Below, piece by piece: positions 39,496 to 53,822 of a stretch of 64,000 nucleotides of DNA; position 1 is the stretch's first letter, and every line of letters begins with the position of its first letter. Source of the stretch: Octopus sinensis (Eukaryota); NCBI RefSeq assembly GCF_006345805.1, contig NC_043006.1, forward strand, positions 7,564,001 through 7,628,000, read 5' to 3'. The translations under genes and the position numbers were made by a program. Under the pieces are notes generated by a model, which was not told where the DNA came from, ran no database searches, and worked only from the letters and a program-made list of their open reading frames with translations.

Positions 39496-40063
39496 GTCCT
39501 ATAACTGTCTGTCTCCCTACATTTGTAGGATCTTCCCTGTTGCTGTCACATATTGTGAGCTTTTAATATTACATCAAAATTTTCAAATTTGGTATAGTGA
39601 AATAATTGTTTACGTTAAATTCAATTTTGGTATTTATTTGTTCCAAAAAAATTGCATAAAACTATTACTAAAGCTTAAAGTTTAATCAGTTTTACCTAAT
39701 CATAAAACAGGATTTTGAAGCTGGCATTTTCTACATGATATATCTCTATGAAAAAATGAAAGTAAAAGTAGGAGGACAAATTTTTATTAAACGAACGAAA
39801 GCAAAGCATTACGACAACCAAAGTTGTAAGAACGTTTGAAGTTTTAATGAACAATTTATATGAAACGGTCGAACATTCATGTAAATAATCTAAAAGGGAA
39901 AAAAACTCCTCAACGAACATTTTTTGGGAAATATCTGTCCTAATCAAGAGGCCTATCTGTCGGGCAAGATATAAACAAAAATTATATAAGACATTCTAGT
40001 GTAAAATCTGCGTGGCATCGACGAGATATTCAGCTAGTATATATACACACACGCGTGTGTGAG

Positions 40064-40094
<31 letters not shown>

Positions 40095-40469
40095 GTGTGT
40101 GTGCGTTGTGTATGTATACGTGTAAATGTGTGTATATGCAGATTTTATGAACGAAGTTTTACTGTCCCCATGTTGAAGTAATTTTCCTTTATTCACTGTT
40201 TTGTCTTTCATAGCGTTTTTGTTTGTCTTAATTGATGAGATGCCAAAGCACACTTCAGCCCGGGCATCGGAAACTCTGAGTTTTATTATGACAACCAACC
40301 AATTTTGTGGTATTATTCATTGTTATAATTTTATATTGTTTTTGTTTTACACTCTTATCATGTAAGCCTACATTGTATTGTCCTCTTTTCATGTAGTCTC
40401 ACATTGTATTATCCGCTACCGTACCTATTGCTTTTTGTGAACTTTTAGTGGTGACTAAAGAAAACATAA

Positions 40470-40590
40470 TCTTTCCTTCTTTCGGGGTCGATGAAATAAG
40501 ACCCAGTTCAGCACTGGGGGTCGATGTAATCGAATTACCCTTTCTCCCGGAATTTCAGGCCTTGTGCCTATATTAGAAAGGATTATTATT
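40470..40590 (+). mobile_element. SINE family A 3' half
   Basis: ttcggggtcgatgaaataag...ggggtcgatgtaatcga...ggccttgtgcc. Confidence 0.8.
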
Positions 40591-40597
40591 GTTACTG

Positions 40598-41110
40598 CGT
40601 GAGAGTCCAGCGCACGCTATCAAAACGACTCTGAGGTACAAATATGCAAACATACAAAACTCAATATACCCATTATGAGTAGCTCTCTGATAAGTATATG
40701 CCAGGCACCTGCAGCATAACCATATGTGTGCGATATGGCGACCTCATAAAAATTAGCACATGATCTCGCAGGTTGGGCCTGGATAGGATCTTATTCGTGC
40801 CAAGTTGCCCATCCCGTTCAAGAGGTCTCTGAATAAGAGTTCTAAAAGAGGATGAACGAAGTCCAAAGAATCCCTCTCAACACATGACTATGGTGCTTCC
40901 CCCCCTACTCGTGTTCGTGATCAAAGATGTGCATATCGTCAGCCACGAAGGAACATGCTGAACTGGTTAAGGTCAAGCAACTGATAAGCAAATATGTGGT
41001 ATGGAGCAGAATATTTGGTGAAATCAATCTTTTACACCAAGATAAAATATATTCATGATAATACTTCCAGTCAGTTAAGGCTAGAAGCCATGGTAGTCAT
41101 TGCCTGGTAT
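40598..41110. mobile_element. Older copy of the 9992-10535 repeat
   Basis: Colinear similarity throughout. Confidence 0.75.
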
Positions 41111-43570
41111 TATATAAGTGTAATGCTTGGTATTATACTAGGGCAATGTCTGATATTGCATCAAGACAATGACTTGTATCACATCAGGGCAATGCCTGGT
41201 AGTGCGCCAGGTCAGTTATTATTGTTATTATATTATCATCATCATCATCATCATCATCAAAGAAGAGGGACGAGTTGGTAGAAATTCTATGACGACGGAC
41301 AAAATGCTTAGCGGAATTTATATCAGCTTGTGCTCTAAATTCAAATGGTGGCTTCTCATCTTTGGAGCCAGAACTTCATTAGTGAAATCATAATCTACTA
41401 TTGCCACTACATAATTTTAAACCTGCTTATAAGGAAATCAAACCATGCTCCTATCTGTCTCGCTTGGCTGATTTTCGAGTGGGGCACACCAGTGGTTCTT
41501 TCCCGACTGCAATCCCCACACCCACTATTTTGATTGTTTCTGCTAGACCAGTTTTTACATTTTCGTCTGCAACAGACTATTTCCAACTAAGAAGTCCTAT
41601 GTACCTGAGTGGAAAACACAGGTGGACGGTTACCAGACATACGTAATTTATGTAAGATACATCAGAAGGGCCTCTGAAGCAATTGCAATGTTCGACGAGC
41701 GCCTTCATCCCTTTTGTTTATAGATTTGATTATACGTATTACTAACAACGTTCGTGGCTTTCGGAAAGGAGTTGTATAGCACCTGTTATCTGAATTTTCT
41801 GTTTAATCTCGATAGTGGAAGAACCATACGTCATGCATTGATTAGTAAATTTTTATCTTCTATTATCTTCTATGAAATCAACGGTTATGCTAGAGACTAA
41901 GAAACTGCGTTTTACCACGATCATTCGACCGATTCTACAACATTTGATATATATGAGCACATCACGCTCTCATAATCATAGACGCTCGTCTTTTATTACG
42001 ATTTTATGCAAAAAGAAATAAAAATGTTGTCAGGTTCTGATCTTTTCCAATGAAATCAGAGACGTAAATCAAATAGAGTTATGACAACTTTTATTATAAA
42101 TTGAATATTGTATTGGTAACCGTTCTCCAATGGCGGAGGTGGGGGTCTATCTCTTATCACATACTTTACGACAAATGCAAATGCATAAAATATAATAGCT
42201 ATTATTAAATCTCAAGTTAAGCCACATGTGTGAAGTCCATGGATATTTAAGTGTGTGTAGAGAGAGAGAAGTGTTGCACACAACTTATTTCTTACATCAT
42301 TGATCTCGTTTTATAAGAACAGAAATAACAAGGTCTTCTTATATATATATTCGTAAGGGAGAAATATAATCGAATAATTGATCCAGTGTAAGACTAGTAC
42401 TTAGCAATGAATAGAAAAAAGTGTTAATATTTAATGAAAATCAATCAGTAATGACGCATTTGTAAAGAGCTGTAGTGCCGAATGAGAAGAACTGGATTTC
42501 GTGTTAAGTAAAAATCTTGAGCGGGTTAAAACCGTAGAGATGTATAGATGTGAAGGATGTTGGGCATCAAATGATCAGTTGTTAAGATATTCGCTTAGCA
42601 CATACATAGCTTCGAATTCGATTCTTCTCTTTCAGTTTTCCTCTCCATCTCTTTCTTAGTGTATACAAATATATGTGTGTATTTTTATGCGTATTTGTAA
42701 GATTGTATGCACACACATATACATACAATATGTATGTATGTATATATGTATGTGCGCGTGTGTGTAATAATTCTATATTCAGGTATACAACTTGTAGTGT
42801 GCTTTTTAAAGCCTATACACAGTATTCGGCTATCTAATGCCAACAACAGTATGGAAGCATAGAATTCACTCCAATAATTCCTTTTTGTCCGTCGAGTTTA
42901 TATAAAAGATTTGAGCTGTAGAAAATATAATTCCCGAGTCTCTCTATTTAGAACCACTACGATCGTTTCGACATTTCATGTAACGGGACCTTACAGGCGA
43001 GATACTATATAATCAATTGTCATGCACCAATTACCATGCCTCAACTTTAGCAGCGTTAGTGAAACTCAGTAATAGGAAAATCGTTGAGAGAATGGTGAGA
43101 GAGATAGTGAGAAAGAGAAAAAGAAAGAAAGAAAGAAAAATGAAAGGAAGAAACAAAGAGACAAAAAATGGGAGAGAATATTCAGTGCGATGCAGGATAA
43201 GTTTCTGTCAATTGTTCGAATTCTTATTTTCTTACAAAAAATCTGTATTACGTCTTCCATGTCGCGCATGTGCGATCAATTATCATCACGTGTGCAATAT
43301 CATGATAGGGACTTTTAAGGATGGTAACATTTTCAGCACATCAAAACACTATCCAAATTCTTCGAGAAACGTCTATTAATATCAACGAAAACACAAATAG
43401 CAATATGATCAAGAAACATTACTGTTTATCTGTGAACATAATTCATTAATTTATTAGAGAAATTTTAATTATAAATGGAAAGATTCCGTGCCCCCTAACA
43501 AAACAAATATCACAAAATACAAGTGGGGGGGAATATAATTAGGTCCACTCCAAATTTGCACAAATACATC

Positions 43571-43931
43571 AAGTGGCTGTGTGGTAAGTAGCTTGCTAAC
43601 CAACCACACGGTTGCGGGTTCGGTCCCACTGCGTGGCATCTTGGGCAAGTGTCTTCTGCTATAGCCCCGGGCCGACCAATGCCTTGTGAGTGGATTTGGT
43701 AGACGGAAACTGAAAGCAGCCTGTCGTATATATGTATATATATGTATATGTGTGTGTGTTTGTGTGTCTGTGTTTGTCCCCCTAGCATTGCTTGACAACC
43801 GATGCTGGTGTGTTTAGGTCCCCGTCACTTAGCGGTTCGGCAAAAAGAGACCGATAGAATAAGTACTAAAAGGTGGTGCTCCAGCATGGCCGCAGTCAAA
43901 ATGACTGAAACAAGTAAAAGAGTAAAAGAGT
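43571..43931 (+). mobile_element. SINE family B
   Basis: gtggctgtgtggtaagtagcttgct...ttgggcaagtgtcttct...gactgaaacaagtaaaagagtaaaagag. Confidence 0.9.
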
Positions 43932-44099
43932 ACCTGATGAAAATGCTGAGAATATCAATATGACATAAAGTTATGAATGGACACCAGAGGAATATATTTT
44001 TTATAGTTCGTGCACAGTTTTTTGTGCCACACACAGCCTTATAAACAACACTTTTACCAAGTTTATGTTATATTTAGAGGAAAGAAACAACTTAAAGTA

Positions 44100-46150
44100 A
44101 ACCAGTGTTACAAAATTAAGAAGCAACATTCTCAACGACACACTAATACAAAGCAATGAAAAAAATATCTAAAATAACATAAATAGCGTAAGCAGAATAA
44201 AAACAATATCTGTTACATTATAACTAAAATCAATGACAACGCAAGCCATGAATATAGAGACACTACTGAGTAGGAATATTTGCAAAATACATAACACTCA
44301 AAACAAAATGAAGCCTTATATCACTTACGGAACGTAGAAAAAGCTTTCAGAAGAGGAACTTGAATACATGAAAATTCTGAATAGAACAATAATGTGAAGA
44401 GTGAATATTGAAAAAATTTTAAATTATATAAGATATTTTTAACGACCATTGAAGTAGGTTCTCAGCAAGAACACTTGACGACAGTATAGCAACGACAGTG
44501 ATAAAACGCAATGTTGACCACCGTGTACTGAATGAAAGAAGTGCGAACATCAAAGAATCAGAATGAAGAAATAGTAAATACGATTGCCAAAGTAGTTACA
44601 AAAAGAAGTTCATTAAGCCTTAGGTTTACTCATATAAGAATGGCAAAAGCCAAGTCATATGCATGATAAACAGACATACGGAAAAAGGAATCGGTAATTT
44701 CTTAATTAAATCGATAATGAAAATGTGCAACTGAAATAAAAAGACAAGTCAAAACATGAGAAACGTTCCACAAAAACATGTAGTCGATATCAAAGGCCGC
44801 CTGGAAGAAGATATTCACACTAAATTACAAAGAATACTTTCGTATGAGAAGCGGCAACGATTCGTTACATAAATCGAACTGTTTGTCAAATCAAACAGAA
44901 TTTTATCTAGAAAATGCTAAAAACAAAATAGAAATCGTTGCACAAGAAATCTCAAGAAAAATAGTAGAATTAACAACAGAGAAGGTGTCGCCACGAACCA
45001 TTTTGTTGTAAACAACAATTTGAACACTCATGGAGACCGTATTATTAGAATATGGAAGACTAACACAGCATTAAAAACCGAAAAGTTGGAAAGCACCGCA
45101 AAACAATAAAATTCAAAACACCGAGTTAAAATAAATAGATGTAAATTAATATCAAACATTTCATAATCACTAAAAGAACATTAAAGGAGAACTGTCTGCA
45201 TCAACGAGAGGAAAACACTTAATACTTTGATTAGAGAAAGTGCATATATTGAAATCCACAGACACATGACCTTCTTTCCTACCGTTTGTAAAACCTTACT
45301 GCAATATTATTTCAGTAATATCAGTCTTACTTATTAGCCTTACGCAACATTATTGTAGTAAGGCTGATAAGTTTATACCTCACTCCTGAAACAATATTAT
45401 TGCTGATGATAAATAAACAACTAGAAGAAACAATTTAGTTTTAGAAGCGCGGAATTGACACTGCAAGAATTCATATGGGTGTCTAATCAACAATGCAATA
45501 ACCGAAGATTGTTAGAAGGAAGAAGAGTTGGAACATAGAATGGTACGACATTTGGAAAGGCTTTGACAGTTTGCACCGCATATCGATTCTAGAAACGTTA
45601 TGCGTTTGAAAGGTAGCACCGATAATAAGCTAATACATTTAAACTACTGGGGAATGAGAAACAAATGTTTAGATACAAGAAGACGGAATTTTAATAACTG
45701 CAGTCACCTCCGTTAAAAAAAAGAAAATATATTCTCTCCGCTGTTTCTCTGTCCAGCGCTAATACTCATAATCATTATATTAAAATATTGGACTCACATA
45801 CAAACACTATGAGAGGAACATTCAAGAAACTTTCGTGTGCGGATGGTCTCAAGATGTACTCTGCAATTAATAATAAAGGGCAAGAAACTTTGCTACAGAA
45901 AAGACGGAGCTACGAGCTGAAATTTTATGACGTTCGAAATAGAAAATGTTAGAAAGAAAGAAGATAATCATGAACCTGGAGATAGAGGTAACCAGAATGT
46001 GGGGACTGAGAACAGAAACATAACCCTATAATGAGAGATACTTTTAAGTATAACCAAAATATTGTGCATTTACAAATAGGCACTGCAGAAAATAGCATTG
46101 CTCTCATGAATTGGAAACTTTCAAAACAATAGAAAATATATAACAAAGTG
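44100..46150 (+). mobile_element. Highly decayed RLE-type (R4/Dong-like) non-LTR retrotransposon
   Basis: Relic motifs appear in the expected order: WYDIWKGFDS (45541; WIDYxKAFDS), SPLFL (45735; LSPLLF), CADGLKMYS (45836; YMDDLKLYA), RMWGLRTET (45995) and LQKIALL (46083). Confidence 0.65.
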
Positions 46151-46984
46151 CATATCTCAAGTAAGCAGGTCTATATTCAGTAATATTGTTAAACTATACA
46201 ATAAGATATGACCGCATAAATAATATTATAATAACATAAAGTATAGCCATGTGACAGGATTCTTAAAATAAATATGCAGGTTAATATTGCTTCTGTTAAA
46301 CGAAGGGAGGTCCACAAGAAAATATCAATACGTTGAGAAAAAATACGTAGGGAAATAGAACGAAAAATTCGAATATACAAAATCAAGAGAAGAAAAATAA
46401 ATAATATTACTAAATAAAACTAAAATTAGTTCTAAAGTAAAGGAAAAAAAAGATGTGAAGAGAAATAATTGCACGCTTTATATAGAATAAGATAAAAACA
46501 CGTGCCAAATCCCAGCCAAGTGCTACTTGAGATATCTAAAAGTACTTCCGTAGTTTTTATTCGATAAAAAACTAATCTTTAAAATATTGTGATTGATATC
46601 TATAGCAGTCGCCGACGGCCATGTTTTATAACAATTTTCTATTTGTTTAGTCTAGGCCCACTCATCTTTACGTTGCGTTCTCCATCTAAACAAGAAATGG
46701 CGATTAGTCATTAGTCAGCGTGGGGAAATGATTGTATGGGACTAGACATAATTAATTAAATCAATCTTGATTTCCCTGACCTATATTGAACCGGGTATCA
46801 TGGGAAGGACATTCCGATTACATATAAAGTCAAAGAAGTAGGATCTTGGAGAAACTCTAGAAGTGGCCCTGAGTTCAATCAACAACAAAAGCTATGTATT
46901 GAACAAAACGTACTGGAATCAAAAATCTAGAAATTACTATAGCTTTAAATATAGCCAGATTTTACTCAAATTTGCAACGAGCTA

Positions 46985-47165
46985 ATGGCCGTTCGACATG
47001 CGATAATAACAGCTACCTTTCCCTAAAACGATAGACTATTATCTAGAACATAGGAAGAACACATTAGATAATGCAGTCCCATATATATCTAAAAAAGATA
47101 TGGTGGTCATGGCTGGAATGCTTTTAATTATTTACCTACTTCATCAAGTTGAGCCTGGAATTAAA
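46985..47165. mobile_element. Old interspersed repeat, with related fragments near 885-950, 6070-6250 and 6460-6575
   Basis: Shared degenerate ggtcatggctggaatgc / ccagtaatggccgtcc motifs. Confidence 0.4.
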
Positions 47166-47239
47166 TAGCTTCGACTAAAAAAATCTTCATAGTCATACAT
47201 AACTGGGTGTATAAAATTATAAAACGCTAGGAGATATAT

Positions 47240-47495
47240 GGAGGCGCGTGGCTTAGTGGTTAGGGTCTCAGCATCATGATCGTAAGATTGTGGTTTCGAT
47301 TCCTGGACCGGGTGACGCGTTGTGTTCTTGAGCAAAGCACTTCATTTCACGTTGCTCCAGTCCACTCAGCTGTCAAACATGAGTAATGCTGCGATAGACT
47401 GGCGTACCGTCCGGTTGGGGAACACATACGCCATAGAAAACGGGAAACCGGGTCCATGAGCCTGGCTAGGCTTTAAAAGGGCGCATTTATTTATT
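47240..47495 (+). mobile_element. tRNA-derived SINE family C
   Basis: A-box gtggcttagtggttagg, B-box ggtttcgattcc, CORE-like ttcttgagcaaagcacttcatttcac, and a (TTTA) tail. Confidence 0.85.
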
Positions 47496-48409
47496 ATTTT
47501 ATAGAAGATATATATTGAAAATCAACACTGAGCTAAAGGGAGTAGAGCGAAGGAAATATGAAAGTTAGTAACTAGTTGTAGGAGATGAAATGAGTCTGTA
47601 CAGAAAGCTGACCTTTATTGAAATAACGACAAAATCATTCCATGATGCTTACTGGTCATTTTCTTGTAATGGTTGTTGCATTGCATACCATGAGTTCTAA
47701 TCTGACCAATTGACGCTTAAACACCTAAGATACACCTTTAATTACTCTCAAAAGTCCCACCCTGTTACCAAGCAACTGATGAGATGGACGTCACGTGGAA
47801 CTAAGTCAAACTGTTTTAGAGAGTTAAAAAGACAGCTTTGTCACGGAATATTTGGAGCTGCCGTTAGGAAAATTGTGTGTCTGTGTATTTGTGTGTGAGT
47901 GTGGTGTGTGTGTGTGTGTGTGTGTGCATCTGCGTATGCGTGTGGGTGTCTGCATGTGTGTGTGAGTGAGTCTGTGTGCGTGCGCACGACAGTGTGATGT
48001 CATCAGATTTATAACTGCTGCTTCTGCTGTTTACTGTTGCGTAGGTGATAATAGAAAGTTGAAAGGATAACTCGTGAATTAAAATCATAGAAATGATTCA
48101 ATTAGTAAATAATATTAGCTATAATAATTTCGCGGAATTATTAATTTTATACACATTATGTCATCAGTTTTATAATTTTACAATTTCTGTTTTATTCTTA
48201 TAATTTTGGCAATCATGCAGTTCAGAACAATGCGTTGAAAGATTAAGAATAACATTCTGAACTCAAAGATAATCTGATAAATTTCTTTGAAGACATAAAG
48301 TGCATGATAGAAAAATAAGTATTGAAAAGAAATAACATATGTAAACGTCAAATGAATGTTTCCTTTTCCTAAACTGCAATTATACAATTGTTTTTCATTT
48401 TTTAGAATG

Positions 48410-48698
48410 ATGAAATGGCGCTAAGCATCTTACCCGGCGTGCTAACGATTGTACCAGTTCGCCGCCTTAGAAATGTGAAATATTCCTTTCTTCTATAGGC
48501 GCAAGGCCTGGAATTTGAGGGAGGGGTTATGTCGATTACTTCTACCACAGTGCACAAATGGTACTTATTTTATCGACCACGAAAGAAGGAAAGGCAAAGT
48601 GGAGCTCGGAGAAATTTAAACTCAGAACGTAATAACGGTTGAAATGCCGCTAAGCATTTTTCCCAGCGTGTTAACGATCCTGCCAGCTCGCCGCCTTA
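48410..48698 (-). mobile_element. SINE family A with a duplicated head at 48410-48468
   Basis: gaaatg(g/c)cgctaagcat...cgccgcctta occurs twice, each followed by aaat(g/a)tgaaa(t/c)att. Confidence 0.8.
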
Positions 48699-50089
48699 CA
48701 AATATGAAACATTACTATTTTATTTTACATACCGCGTAACATTATCTTCTGCTATGATCGACTACTGATCACGACGATTTCAGTACCTTTCAAATGTCTT
48801 TCCCTCTCAAGAAATACCGTACATTGATTCCACCATGGATTATCCAGTTCCTAAACCGAAATTGAACAAAATATAACATTCCATTATCAAAACACTGAAA
48901 TAGCCTGCCTCTTTAGAGTTCTTTATTTCAAGTGTTAATTTTGTTAAAGACAAAAAATTCTCAAAGTTACAAGAAAGTAATGTCTCTCAGTGCAAACAAA
49001 ATACGCGACTTGTTACTTTTACTTAAGGGGAGTAAATATCTAACGCTTCAGTCAAGGAATTGAAATATCTGTCTCGTAAAACTGAGGTTATTTCACTAAA
49101 ACGTTAGATATCTCCTCTACACAACACACTGAAGACATATCTGTCTTGTTTAGTTTTACTCTCTTGACAGTAAATACCATTAATCGTTTTAGACGAGCGA
49201 TTAAGCTAGGTGTCCTAGCACTTTGTCAAAACGTCTGTTGTGGGTGTGTTTTTCATTGTCAACTATAACACACATCAGTAACTTATGGATTCTCCTGATT
49301 AATTTTCTGATATAGTTCTACATTCTCGTAAACAATAATGAGTAATACAAACCGTACTAAAATTTCAAACACATATTTTTATGAAAAATAAATTACATTA
49401 GGAAATTTGTATAGAAAAATAAATTGAATATTTAAGTGAATTTCAGCGTAATTACTCACTTTTGCTGTGTTCAAATCTCACAGGGTCCTATTTTGGCGCT
49501 TATGTTACCGTGAGTGATACAACCAAGTAATATTTGGTCACGTATAACATACTTTTTAGTGTTATAAACAACAGTTTACTAAAGAATGAAGTAAATTAAG
49601 TTACAAGCTTCGGCTGGTAGTTGATGATAATTGGTTTATGTACTTATCCAGCAACATAGAATCACCATCGAAATTGCCGATGCATCAAAATAGCCTTTAA
49701 TGAAACAACATTTTTTACACGCCTAAATCTATTTCACGATCGAAAACGGTGGCATAGATTAAATGCCCTTCTCTGTGTGGGAGACAGTCAGGCCTATGGA
49801 GTTACATCTGTATTCATTTGAGTTATTACGAAAAGTATTAAAAAAAAATTAATCGCGGATTACTAGAGAATCATTCTGTAGCAAGAAGGAATATAAGCGT
49901 ACCAAATGTTAAGATCGATATACTGATATGGAACAAAAATCATATATTTTGTATAAAGAAATTCGTGTCTATGTCATAGGTTTTGCGGTAACTTATTTAC
50001 CAGTGACTGATAGTAAACTCTTGAGCAGCTATTGCAGATAAAAATTAAAGTGACTCAAGACATTGCAAATATTATACGAATATGCTGAA

Positions 50090-50320
50090 GGTGGCGAGCT
50101 GGAAGAAACGTTAGCACACTGGAAAAGTGATTAGTGGCACTTTGTCCGCCTTTACGTTCTGAATTTAAATTCCGTCGAGGTTCAATTTGCCTTTCATCAT
50201 TACGGGATCGATAAAATAAGTACCAGTCAAGAACTGATTTTCCGTGAGTGATACAACCAAGTAATATTCGGTGTAGCCCTTCCTACAAAATATTGTACCT
50301 ATGTTAGAAAGAATTATTAT
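50090..50320 (+). mobile_element. SINE family A
   Basis: ggcgagctggaagaaacgttagcac...ttgcctttcatc...gataaaataagtaccagt. Confidence 0.85.
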
Positions 50321-51293
50321 ACCAATGTATCTTACAGATGAATTGATAATTTTACTGACTTGAAGTGCGAGGAGTTCTTGTCTGCTATTAGCAACGAGAA
50401 AGGCACATGAATACGACAGATCCCCTGGTAAATATATTTCGAAAAATGTTGTCCTTAATATCACCCGCTGTTTTCAATTGCTGTTATATATGCTTTGAAA
50501 TGGTATTCCATTATCTTGTCTTAAACCAAAAGATACAATTTGGACTTGTTATACTGTGACCCTATTTAATCAATTCTACAAAAGCAAATGACTAAACGGA
50601 ATCGGTGTACCTTAATGAGGCTATGAAAATAATTCAACCGATTTCAATGTTATGCATTTGGTTTCGAGTCACACATTTCTTATTCATTGAACATGAATTC
50701 AAATATAAAATCATAACAATAATCGGAATGGTTTTGAAATATGTTTCTGTGTAAACATAATCAATAAGTCTAATCTTTGATGTGCACAATGTTATTTTAG
50801 TGTTAATTGCAACTTCTTGGTTCGATATTCCTTTTAAATCAATTCCCATTGTGTCTTTGAGACGATTGCTCATACTTACAAGTTTTCCACGCCACTATTA
50901 TTGACATCCATGCATCGTTTAGTCGACAGAAAAAAAAACGTCTGAAAATATATTTAAAAGAAATCATTAACGCTTGACTTGATTTTAGAAATTTGATTCA
51001 ATTGCAGAGAAATACGAAAGAAAGGCGTTTCATAGAAGATAATGCAAAATTCAGAGATTTTGACAGTGAAGTTTAGAGGTCTTAAAAGAAATCAAATTCC
51101 ATCTTTAGGCGTTGCCTGACGAGAAAACTTTAAATATGACAATAAATTTATTATAAAACCTTTAGCAGTTGTACTGAACAAATGTATAATGACCAGTGAC
51201 ATATTGTCAAATTGTCCAAATTATTAAAACTATTAGATATAACGTTACTCGGAGTTTACCAGCTCTTTCCCCAAAGGAGTATATACTTTATTC

Positions 51294-51843
51294 ATTGGGT
51301 TGTCCGCAAAGTTCGCGCTGATTTATAGTAGCTTACCTTTCGACTTATTTTAGAACATGGTTGAGTCCATAAAATAAGATTTGATTACAACTGCATTTAG
51401 AGCACAGTTTAAACTATCTTTTTGCGGAAGAAGGTTTATGTTCCTATAACCTATGTTAATTCTGTAACCCTTTAAAATGGAAGATAAGAAAGTTCATTTT
51501 CGGCACTTGATGCTTTGGGAACCAGACAAAAATTGCTGCAACTCGGCTGGGATGTGTTACCCCCAACCTCCCTAATCCCCAGATATTGCTCCTTTGGATT
51601 TCCACTTATTCAGGTCCCTGCAGAATAGTCTTAATGGTAAATACTTCAATTCCTTGGATGACGAAAAGAGATACCTTGATAAATTCTTTGCCATGAAACC
51701 TCCTCAATTCTGGGAAGAGGGTATTTTCAAGTTAAAGGAAAGATGGAAATGCATTGTGCAACAAAATGGTTCATATTTGGTTGATTAAAAAGGTATTTAT
51801 TGACCTTTTTCTTTTCTTTAAAAATCGACACGAACAACCCAAT
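51294..51843 (+). mobile_element. Internally deleted mariner transposon with both TIRs
   Basis: TIRs attgggttgt...gttcgcgctgattt and aaatcgacacgaacaacccaat. MEDKKVHFRHLMLW (ATG at 51477) is fused to TRQKLLQLGWDVLPQPP*SPDIAPLDFHLFRSLQNSLNGK...GIFKLKERWKCIVQQNGSYL, which contains the mariner YSPDLAPxD motif. Confidence 0.92.
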
Positions 51844-52224
51844 CTATATAATATTTTATGTTGCAAAATCCAGTCAGTGCAGTCAGTCTATGGCAACTTT
51901 TTCAAGGTTGTATGTTTGAATATCAATCCAAGTCCATAACATAGAGTAAAAAATTTCGATCTCTGTCCATCCAGTTTCTGACTTAGCAATTAGTTACGTT
52001 CATATTTCTGTACGTACTTATGACTACGCAGTAAATAGTTCAATTGTTGCACTCCGACCTACACTTGTGTACGAAAGCACAGACATGAATACTACGCATA
52101 CATGTATCTAATATACACACATATATAAATCCTTAATTCCTTTAAAATGTTTCAGTCCGAAAGCTGCGGCCATGCTGGGGCATCATCGTTGAATGTGCTA
52201 CCCTAGTATGTGAAACCACCTCTG

Positions 52225-52716
52225 ATACGTTACACTTGGTCAACAAGGGTGTTCGACGCCGCTGCCCGCAACTGTTTTTCCTGCCGAGAGGTAGGATCCC
52301 CTGGAACTCCTGACAAGAAGAGATCCAGTTTAGTTTTAAAGAAACCCACATCTACACCATGCAGGCCTCTCGGGGATTTAGGAAGGATATTGAAGAGCTG
52401 TGGTCCTCTGAAACTCAAGCTATTGCAGTATGTAGTTCTGTATTTTGATGGTGATGCTGGGATCTTTGGCACCATGTAGTGGCGCCCCGTTCTACTGTTG
52501 GGGTAACTTTCAATGCCAAAATTCAGGGCAAGGCCCTCCAGGGTTTTCCAGATGCATATCACTGCATATCTCTCCAGCCTTCGCTCCAGGGAGAAGAGTC
52601 TTAATACTTTCAATCTTTTCCAGTAGCTGATATGTTGCATTGAGACGATCTTCTTAGTCTAGCTTCGTTGGACTACTTTGAGTTCTGCTGTTAACTTTAT
52701 ATTGTGTGGTGACCAT
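52225..52716 (-). mobile_element. CR1/L2-group LINE ORF2 C-terminal fragment
   Basis: SYWKRLKVLRLFSLERRLERYAVICIWKTLEG...GPQLFNILPK...FKTKLDLFLSGVP. Confidence 0.85.
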
Positions 52717-53010
52717 GTTTACAATATATATATAAATATATGATATATTATATATACGTTCACATGCATACACAAACACACACACACATACACAGACACA
52801 GACACACAATTCTAATAAGAGTTTGGTTCAGCTCCACGTGACTTGTCTATTCGGGTTATATAGTATCAAGCGACATCAGCTTATGGTGCCTCTTAAAGAG
52901 CTGGTAGCTTTTTAATAGCATTAATACCACGTGACTTGAGCCGACCAATACAAGCCTAACCACCAAGAAGCCATGTGAAATTTCCTTGGTATCTTCCAAT
53001 CTGCACCCGA

Positions 53011-53116
53011 ACTTCTGATGAGATGAACCTGTTTAAAGGCTCCCCAAAATTTAATGTCATGTGAAGCTGGGTGGGACTGTTTCTTACAAGATGCAACTCG
53101 AACAAGCGTGTTGAGT
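53011..53116 (+). ncRNA. Degenerate hammerhead-like motif (long stem II), probably inactive
   Basis: actt-CTGATGA-long imperfect hairpin-ctc-GAA-caagcgtgTT-gagt. One A of GAAA is missing. Confidence 0.4.
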
Positions 53117-53436
53117 ATTACTTTGTTTCGTTTTCACTCACTCTTTTGTGTGCAACACGAGAAGAACGTAGTTGTTGGTACTACATTTATTTCCATGTTT
53201 ACGATTGTTGCAATAAAATGTTAAAGACGAATTAAAAACTATCCACAAAGATTTGAACGAGAACAATGATGTAGTCGTGTCAGTTATATAATGAGCATTA
53301 CATAAAAAATCCCCCGGCAGATTGCCATCCACACTATATATGTGTGAGGTTTTTCTATGTGAGAGTGTATTTATGTGTGTGTGTGTGTATGCTTGTAATA
53401 TATAATATAATATAAACATATGTGTGTATCTGTGTG

Positions 53437-53469
<33 letters not shown>

Positions 53470-53475
<6 letters not shown>

Positions 53476-53786
53476 ACAGACCAGACCATCAGATGTTGTT
53501 ACACATCGCTGGTCACAATGCGTTTCATTGTTTTAGCCTTCGAATGAAGCCACCCCGCTGGCTAAGCGAGCAGGCCAACAGAAGAAAGAGTGGGAGAAAG
53601 AGTGGTGAAAGAGTAAAGCAGGGATCACCACCCCCTGCCGGAGCCTTGCGGAGCTTTTAGGTGTTTTCGCTCAATAAACACACACAACGCCCGGTCTGGG
53701 AATCGAAACCGCGATTCTGCGACCGCGAGTCCGCTGCCCAAACCACTAGGCCATTGTGCTTCCACACTCTCACACACACACACACA

Positions 53787-53822
<36 letters not shown>

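Noticed and set aside
42955-43035. Minus-strand GAAACGATCGTA hammerhead half
   Set aside because: The CUGAnGA core is too degenerate and stem I does not pair.
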